From the NCBI GenBank assembly GCA_963668625.2, contig CAXXKA010000001.1:384001-448000 (forward strand): DNA of 64,000 nt, in the 5' to 3' direction. The stretch is from an uncultured candidate division Zixibacteria bacterium (lineage in GTDB: Bacteria > Zixibacteria > MSB-5A5 > UBA10806 > 4484-95). Made by a program: the position numbers and the translations under genes. Of this stretch, positions 57,865 to 64,000 are shown piece by piece; position 1 is the first letter of the stretch, and each line of letters starts with the position of its first letter. The notes under the pieces are model-generated. The model ran no database searches, had not been told where the DNA came from, and worked only from the letters and a program-made list of their open reading frames with translations.

Positions 57865-59145
57865 ATGAAGGTTCTAGTTATTGGGGGTGGCGGAAGAGAA
57901 CATGCTATATGTTGGAAATTATCCAAATCCGAAAAGGTTACGAAAATATATGCAGCTCCGGGCAACGGCGGTATCAGCCGGATAGCCGAATGCGTTGATA
58001 TTGCTGTTGATAATCTGAAAGAACTGGCGCTTTTTGCCGAAAGCAACGCCGTCGATCTGACCGTGGTCGGGCCCGAGTTACCCTTAACCCTGGGTATTGT
58101 CGATGAGTTCGAAAGCCGTGGGTTGAAAATATTCGGCCCCTCTCGCGAGGCTTCGATGATTGAGGGTAGTAAAGCTTTCGCCAAGCAGTTCATGCAGAAA
58201 CATCATATACCTACAGGTAGTTTCAGGATATTTTCCGAGCATTTCGAGGCCCTCGATTTTATTAATTCAGCCAGTTATCCTCTGGTATTAAAAGCGGATG
58301 GTTTGGCGGCCGGTAAAGGCGCGGTGATTTGCGAGAATGCGGATCAGGCAGCCGATACCGTTGAGAAAATCATGGTACAGAAAGTATTTGGTAGCGCCGG
58401 TTTGAAACTCGTTGTCGAGGAGTTCCTCGAGGGCGAGGAGGTCACCGTGATGGCGTTCACCGATGGCAAGAATATCGTGCCGATGTTGCCTTCGCAGGAT
58501 CATAAGCAGGCCAAAGAAGGCGGCAAGGGTTTAAATACCGGTGGTATGGGAGCCTACGCTCCAACCGGTATTGTAGGCCAGCAGATACGCCAGAAAGTTT
58601 ACGAGCAGGTTCTGGAGCCGACTATCCGTGGATTGGCCGCCGAGAACCGTACTTACAAAGGCGTCCTATATTGCGGTTTAATGGTAACTCAACGAGGACT
58701 GAAAGTGCTGGAGTATAACTGCCGTTTCGGCGATCCCGAGACTCAGGTCGTGTTGCCGTTGCTGGACTCCGATCTGGCGGAGGTATTTTTGAATATCGCT
58801 GATGGCTACATACATACCGATGAGGTCAAGTGGTCGGAGAAATCGGCGGTTACCGTGGTTATGGCCTCGAACGGTTATCCCGGAAATTACGAATCGGGCA
58901 AAGTTATCAAAGGGCTGGACAAAATCAGGGAATCGGATGGCGTGGTATTTCACGCTGGAACCGTATTCGAGGATGGCCAGTTTAAATCAAGCGGTGGTCG
59001 GGTTTTAAGCGCCACGGCTTTCGGTGATGGTGTCAAGGATGCTATCGGCAATGCCTACAGGCTGGTGAATAAGATTCAATTCGAAAACGCGTACTGGCGC
59101 ACCGATATCGGTTGGCGTTCGCAAAATAGAGTGAGAATGATGTAA
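57865..59145 (+). CDS. purD: phosphoribosylamine--glycine ligase
   Basis: GGGGREHA, APGNGG, KADGLAAGKG, NTGGMGAY, EYNCRFGDPE. Confidence 0.97.
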   Translation: MKVLVIGGGGREHAICWKLSKSEKVTKIYAAPGNGGISRIAECVDIAVDNLKELALFAESNAVDLTVVGPELPLTLGIVDEFESRGLKIFGPSREASMIEGSKAFAKQFMQKHHIPTGSFRIFSEHFEALDFINSASYPLVLKADGLAAGKGAVICENADQAADTVEKIMVQKVFGSAGLKLVVEEFLEGEEVTVMAFTDGKNIVPMLPSQDHKQAKEGGKGLNTGGMGAYAPTGIVGQQIRQKVYEQVLEPTIRGLAAENRTYKGVLYCGLMVTQRGLKVLEYNCRFGDPETQVVLPLLDSDLAEVFLNIADGYIHTDEVKWSEKSAVTVVMASNGYPGNYESGKVIKGLDKIRESDGVVFHAGTVFEDGQFKSSGGRVLSATAFGDGVKDAIGNAYRLVNKIQFENAYWRTDIGWRSQNRVRMM

Positions 59146-59612
59146 TGGCTGATAATAAAAAAGTGCTGGTAGTGCTGGGCAGTAAATCGGATGCCGATGA
59201 TATGGAGGGCTGCTTGAAGCTTCTGGATAAATTCGGTATTGGTTACGATTACCAGATAAGCTCAGCTCATCGCAACCCGGAACGTACTCGCGAGATTTCG
59301 GAAAACGCTTCGGTAAATGGTATCAAGGTGATAATAGCCGCCGCCGGCATGGCAGCCGCGCTGCCCGGAGTGGTGGCATCCCATACGGAATTACCCGTAA
59401 TCGGCGTACCGATGAAAGGCTCGGCGCTCAACGGTGTGGATGCCTTATATGCTATAGTCCAGATGCCCGCCGGAGTACCTGTTGCCTCGATGGCCATCGG
59501 CAGCCATGGCGCTAAAAACGCCGCTGTATTCGCCGCCCGGATAATCGCTTTGAGCGATGACGCTGTGGCATCAAAGCTGAAAGAGTATTACCAGGAGTTA
59601 GCAAGAGGATAA
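59145..59612 (+). CDS. purE: N5-carboxyaminoimidazole ribonucleotide mutase
   Basis: GSKSD, SAHRNP, AGMAAALPG, LPVIGVP, VQMP.GVPVA. Confidence 0.95.
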   Translation: MADNKKVLVVLGSKSDADDMEGCLKLLDKFGIGYDYQISSAHRNPERTREISENASVNGIKVIIAAAGMAAALPGVVASHTELPVIGVPMKGSALNGVDALYAIVQMPAGVPVASMAIGSHGAKNAAVFAARIIALSDDAVASKLKEYYQELARG

Positions 59613-59615
59613 ACT

Positions 59616-60170
59616 ATGGTAGTGATCGCCCTGTTTTTATTCGCCCTATTCATCCTGCCCGTAATCTTTATCATTTTTATTTATAACCGAATGGTTGTTT
59701 TAAAAAACGAGGTGGATGAGAAATTCAGCCAGATCGATGTTATGTTATCCAAGCGAGCCGACCTGGTGCCTAACCTGGTGGAAACAGTTAAAGGCTACGC
59801 TAAACATGAAAAATCGGTGCTGGAAAATGTCACCGCCTCGCGCGCCTCGGTGATGAATGCCCGGGGTTCCGCCGATAAATTGAAAGCTTCGGAGGGACTT
59901 GCCGGAGCTTTAAGCTCGCTTTTCGCGGTAGTGGAAAATTACCCGGAGTTGAAAGCCGACAGTAATTTCCGTCAACTACAGGGCGAACTGGCCGGTATCG
60001 AAAACGAGATAGCGCAAATGCGCATGGTTTATAATGATTCGGTGAAGGCATATAATACACTGCAGGAGACTTTCCCGGCAAATATGTTTGCGAAATCTTT
60101 CGGACACTCATCCAGGGCGTACTACGATATCGCTCCGGAAAGCAAGGAACCGCCAAAAGTATCCTTCTGA
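59616..60170 (+). CDS. lemA: LemA family protein
   Basis: N-terminal TM, R.DLVPNLVETVKGY..HE, ENYPELKA..NF, YN...FP. Confidence 0.92.
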   Translation: MVVIALFLFALFILPVIFIIFIYNRMVVLKNEVDEKFSQIDVMLSKRADLVPNLVETVKGYAKHEKSVLENVTASRASVMNARGSADKLKASEGLAGALSSLFAVVENYPELKADSNFRQLQGELAGIENEIAQMRMVYNDSVKAYNTLQETFPANMFAKSFGHSSRAYYDIAPESKEPPKVSF

Positions 60171-60205
60171 TAAAATAATACTTCAAACAAGCGAGGGGTT
60201 GCTCA

Positions 60206-61414
60206 TTGAATTTAATTATATTCGAGGATAACCAGGCAAGTGGGTTTTACCCGATCTCGGTTTCACATCCCGTGTACGATTTGCTTTATGGATGTTTGAA
60301 TGTTGTCGATCGCTTGAAGTGTTACTTTAAGTGTGATGATTTATATTTAAGTTGCCGAACTCATTTAATCAAGATATCACATAATAGATATCAGGTGCCG
60401 GTAAATGATTTTTCCGATCTTAAAGGCGAAAGCCTGATAATCAACGCTGCCCTGATACCCGAGCCGGCAATACTTGAGATACTGAAAGCTATTGGGCCTG
60501 AAACGGTACTGGTTGGCAATAACGGCATATTAGGCGGCAGAATTTCCGAGGGGTTGGCCAAAGAGATTTCATTTGGCGAATCTTTTAGCGATGAAGCTGA
60601 TTTGCCCTCCGGACTAAAACCGAGTAAAGCGGATGGATCATTGTTCAAGCATCTCTGGGACATAGTTAATTATAATCCCAAAGCTATAAAAAACGATCTG
60701 GCTATCTTGCCCGGAGTGAATGACTGGAAACGTTCGCCGCAATCCATGAAACATGGCGACAGGGTGTATATTCATCCCGGAGCTGAAATCGGCAACGGCG
60801 TGTTTATCGAGGACCACGGCGGCCCGGTAATCATAGATGATGGCGTGAAAGTCGAACCTCGCTCATTGATACAGGGGCCATGCTATATCGGCAAAAACAG
60901 TGTCGTGATGTCGGGTATGATACGAGAGGGTTGTAGCCTGGGCCCGGTTTGCAAGGTTGGCGGAGAGCTGGAGGAATCTATTATCCTCGGTTATAGCAAT
61001 AAATGCCACGAGGGTTTCATCGGCCATTCGTATTTAGGAGAATGGGTGAATTTAGGGGCGCTGACAACAAACTCCGATTTGAAAAATAATTATGGCGAGA
61101 TCAAGGTAAGTATGAACTGGCAAATGACGAACACCAACTCGATCAAAGCCGGTTGTTTTATCGGTGATCATACGAAAACCGGCATCGGAACGCTGTTAAA
61201 TACCGGTATTGTAATCGGTTTCTCGAATAATCTTTACGGCGGCGGCTTGTTTATGGAACGAGAAATCGGCCATTTCAGATGGGGCACGCCCGGAAACCTG
61301 GTAAGGTTCCGTCTGGATAAAGCCCTCGAGGTAGCCCAGGCCGTTATGAGCCGTCGCGGAGTAGCTTTCGATGAGGATCAGCGAGCATTATTCGAGTGGC
61401 TAAGCAGGATTTGA
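60206..61414 (+). CDS. GlmU-like putative sugar nucleotidyl/acyltransferase with a left-handed beta-helix
   Basis: KVGGE.E.S....YSNK.H.GF.GHSYLGEWVNLGA.T..SDLKNNY. Confidence 0.8.
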   Translation: MNLIIFEDNQASGFYPISVSHPVYDLLYGCLNVVDRLKCYFKCDDLYLSCRTHLIKISHNRYQVPVNDFSDLKGESLIINAALIPEPAILEILKAIGPETVLVGNNGILGGRISEGLAKEISFGESFSDEADLPSGLKPSKADGSLFKHLWDIVNYNPKAIKNDLAILPGVNDWKRSPQSMKHGDRVYIHPGAEIGNGVFIEDHGGPVIIDDGVKVEPRSLIQGPCYIGKNSVVMSGMIREGCSLGPVCKVGGELEESIILGYSNKCHEGFIGHSYLGEWVNLGALTTNSDLKNNYGEIKVSMNWQMTNTNSIKAGCFIGDHTKTGIGTLLNTGIVIGFSNNLYGGGLFMEREIGHFRWGTPGNLVRFRLDKALEVAQAVMSRRGVAFDEDQRALFEWLSRI

Positions 61415-61536
61415 AGCTAAATTGTGATATCCTGTGCTCGGATTTTTAAATTACGATTCAGATGATTCGTCCAGGTGACGATAATCATAAAGTTAATAAT
61501 AAGTTATGGCAATACAACGGATTGTAGGAGGGTGAA

Positions 61537-62535
61537 TTGCCGGAATTAAGAAAAGACCCGATTATTGGAAGATGGGTTATAATTTCAACCGAGCGGGGTA
61601 AACGCCCCACGGATTTTGCCAGTGTTACGAAAACGCGCGAGCCCAGGCTATGTCCGTTCTGCACGGGCAATGAAAGCTCGACTCCGCCCGAGGTATATTC
61701 TTTTCGCAAGAAAGGTACCGATGCAAATCAGCCGGAATGGAGTTTGAGAGTAGTTTCGAATAAGTTCCCGGCTTTGAAAATAGAGGGTGATTTAAACCGA
61801 GAAGGGGTTGGCATATTCGATAAGATGAACGGTGTCGGCGCCCACGAGGTGATAATCGAAACCCCGGATCATATGAAAGACCTGGTCGACCTGGAGAATG
61901 AGGATTTCCAGAATGTCATCCGGGCTTACCGAGAACGCATACTGGATTTGAGCAAAGATCCCCGGTTCAAATATATCCTGGTATTTAAAAATCAGGGGGA
62001 GGCCGCCGGCGCCTCGCTGGAGCATTCGCATTCACAGCTTATCGCTACGCCGATATTGCCCAAGCGCGTTATGGAGGAACTTGCAGGTTCCAAGCAATAC
62101 TACGAATTCAAGGAACGCTGCGTGTATTGCGATATTGTCAGGCAAGAATTGGCCGATAATGTTCGAGTAGTGGCCGCCAATGATAAATTCATCTCAATCG
62201 AGCCGTTTGCCTCTCGTTTCCCGTTTGAAACATGGGTAATGCCCCGGAATCATCAGGCCGCGTTCGAGTCTATCAGGGGTGATGATATCGACCAGTTCGT
62301 GCATGTTCTTAAAGAGACATTGCTGCGATTGAAAGTCGCGTTAAATAATCCGCCGTACAATTTCATGATACACACCGCACCCTCTGATCATAACCATCAG
62401 AAAGAATACCACTGGCATGTCGAGATTATCCCGAAACTGGTGAAAGTCGCGGGCTTCGAGTGGGGTACCGGATTTTATATCAATCCGACAACGCCCGAGG
62501 ATGCGGCCAGGTATTTGAACGAAATAGAAATTTAA
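61537..62535 (+). CDS. galT: GalT-family hexose-1-phosphate nucleotidyltransferase
   Basis: ELR.DP...WV, CPFC.GNE, NKFPAL, G.HEVIIE, GASLEHSHSQ. Confidence 0.88.
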   Translation: MPELRKDPIIGRWVIISTERGKRPTDFASVTKTREPRLCPFCTGNESSTPPEVYSFRKKGTDANQPEWSLRVVSNKFPALKIEGDLNREGVGIFDKMNGVGAHEVIIETPDHMKDLVDLENEDFQNVIRAYRERILDLSKDPRFKYILVFKNQGEAAGASLEHSHSQLIATPILPKRVMEELAGSKQYYEFKERCVYCDIVRQELADNVRVVAANDKFISIEPFASRFPFETWVMPRNHQAAFESIRGDDIDQFVHVLKETLLRLKVALNNPPYNFMIHTAPSDHNHQKEYHWHVEIIPKLVKVAGFEWGTGFYINPTTPEDAARYLNEIEI

Positions 62536-62564
62536 ATTACTGGGAATTCAATAGGAGCTGATAA

Positions 62565-64000
62565 ATGAGTTATCGCGTGGCTTATGTTTCACCGGAGGTT
62601 GTACCATTTGCTAAAACCGGGGGGTTGGCTGATGTCGCCGGGGCTTTGCCCAAAGCTTTAGCTAAAACCGGCAACGTCGTGAAAGTGTTCATGCCTCTGT
62701 ATAAGCAGGTTGATATCGGCAAACACGCTATCCTGAGCCTAGAAACTGGATTGAGTGTAAAGGTAAACGGCCTCGATGAGGCTTTCGATATTTTGAATGT
62801 CAGGGATGAGGAGTCCGGCTGCGAATTTTACTTTATCAAGCATGATAAATATTTCGACAGGGACGGCCTGTATGTCGATCCGGAAACTACCAAGGATTAC
62901 GAGGATAACGATATCAGGTTCATATTTTTCACCACTGCAGTCATGGAATCGTTAAAAATACTCGAGTTCAAACCGGATATTATCCACTGTAACGACTGGC
63001 AGAGCGCGCTCATACCGGCCTACCTCAAATGCGGTAAGTACAGTGATGGCTACTTCGATTCGTGCCGGACTGTCTTCACGATCCACAATATCGCTTATCA
63101 GGGTTTATTCCCGGCCGAGACTTTCAAAAAAATGGGGTTGGATGACAAACACTGGTATCCACAAAGCGGTTTCGAGTATTACGAGAAAGTCAGTTTCTTG
63201 AAAGCCGGCATTCATTTTACGGATATTATCAACACGGTCTCGGAAAGATATGCCGAGGAGATACAGGCTACCGAGGAATACGGTTACGGCCTGGAGGGCG
63301 TACTGACCGATAGAACTGCCGATTTGTTCGGCGTTGTTAATGGCATTGACTATGATATCTGGAATCCCGCAACCGACAAGCTCATAAAAGCGAATTATAG
63401 CGCCGAGAAACCTGATAATAAGAAGAAAAACAAAAACGAGCTGCGAAAGCGTAACAAGCTGCCGATGGTTCGTAAGGATGTGCCGCTTATCGGTATCATC
63501 TCGCGCCTGGCCGACCAGAAGGGATTCGACCTGTTCGAGGAGATCGCCGAGGAGCTGTTCGAGGATGAGCTTCAGATGGTGATTCTCGGCACGGGGGATG
63601 AGAAATATCATAAACTGCTTGAGGAACTGGCCGAGAAATTCCCGAAGAAACTGGCGGTGAATCTGAAATTCGATAACGAACTGGCGCATCTGATCGAGGC
63701 CGGTTCGGATATGTTCTTGATGCCCTCCCGATACGAACCCTGTGGCTTGAATCAGCTTTACAGCATGAAATACGGTACGATCCCGATTGTCCGCGAAACC
63801 GGCGGTTTAGCCGACACGGTGGACAACTGCAACCCGGCGCGGGGGACAGGCACGGGTTTTGTATTCAAAAGCTACGACTCATCCCAGCTACTAAACTCGA
63901 TCCGTTTCGCGCTCGAGGTATACAAGAGCAAGGATATCTGGAATCAGTTGATACAGAACGCCATGGCCAAAGATTTCACCTGGGAGCACTCGGCCAAGAG
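62565..64000 (+). CDS. glgA: glycogen synthase, 3'-truncated by the window
   Basis: Manual translation MSYRVAYVSPEVVPFAKTGGLADV; HCNDWQ, TIHNIAYQG, SRLADQKG, PSRYEPCGLNQ; GGAG RBS. Confidence 0.93.
   Translation, partial: MSYRVAYVSPEVVPFAKTGGLADVAGALPKALAKTGNVVKVFMPLYKQVDIGKHAILSLETGLSVKVNGLDEAFDILNVRDEESGCEFYFIKHDKYFDRDGLYVDPETTKDYEDNDIRFIFFTTAVMESLKILEFKPDIIHCNDWQSALIPAYLKCGKYSDGYFDSCRTVFTIHNIAYQGLFPAETFKKMGLDDKHWYPQSGFEYYEKVSFLKAGIHFTDIINTVSERYAEEIQATEEYGYGLEGVLTDRTADLFGVVNGIDYDIWNPATDKLIKANYSAEKPDNKKKNKNELRKRNKLPMVRKDVPLIGIISRLADQKGFDLFEEIAEELFEDELQMVILGTGDEKYHKLLEELAEKFPKKLAVNLKFDNELAHLIEAGSDMFLMPSRYEPCGLNQLYSMKYGTIPIVRETGGLADTVDNCNPARGTGTGFVFKSYDSSQLLNSIRFALEVYKSKDIWNQLIQNAMAKDFTWEHSAK

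Noticed and set aside
63105-63689. 194-aa minus-strand ORF and other short antisense ORFs in the track
   Set aside because: Shadow ORFs opposite well-supported genes (here glgA)
1-64000. CRISPR arrays, tRNA/rRNA genes, prophage or defence genes
   Set aside because: None recognised by eye; not confirmed computationally

Overview
Gene-dense bacterial chromosomal window, mostly + strand. FlgD-type C-terminal domains, a PorV/UPF0164-like protein and PrsK/PrsR suggest an FCB-associated diderm such as Zixibacteria (inference only). Left to right: (1) end of an arsenic/thiol-redox operon (small thioredoxin-like protein, thioredoxin, CcdA, YeeE/YedE, Acr3); (2) a PAS kinase and sigma-54 activator followed by a sigma-54-type promoter and three secreted proteins; (3) a hairpin-rich intergenic region; (4) DUF362, TPR and Ig-like lipoprotein genes, a 2765-aa repeat surface protein and a PorV-like/TPR partner; (5) a partner-switching operon (RsbW-HAMP-PP2C-HTH fusion, orphan ParA, STAS-HTH, diguanylate cyclase) running directly into polysaccharide export genes (Wza, split Wzc, TPR) and a sigma-54 priming glycosyltransferase; (6) a pseudogene and an AT-richer hydrolase-like gene; (7) PEGA and FN3 proteins, PrsK/PrsR, two tandem type IV pilins, PilD and a PAS kinase; (8) housekeeping genes (tldD/pmbA, HDOD, cysteine synthase family, queuosine precursor transporter, purD, purE, lemA, galT-like, partial glgA). 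The best candidate for an undescribed system is block 5: both partner-switch proteins carry a related IS481-transposase-like HTH domain, a Soj-type ParA sits between them, and sigma-28-like promoters recur upstream of this operon, pilin 1 and the pilus-linked kinase. All family calls come from motifs recognised by eye; no searches were run.
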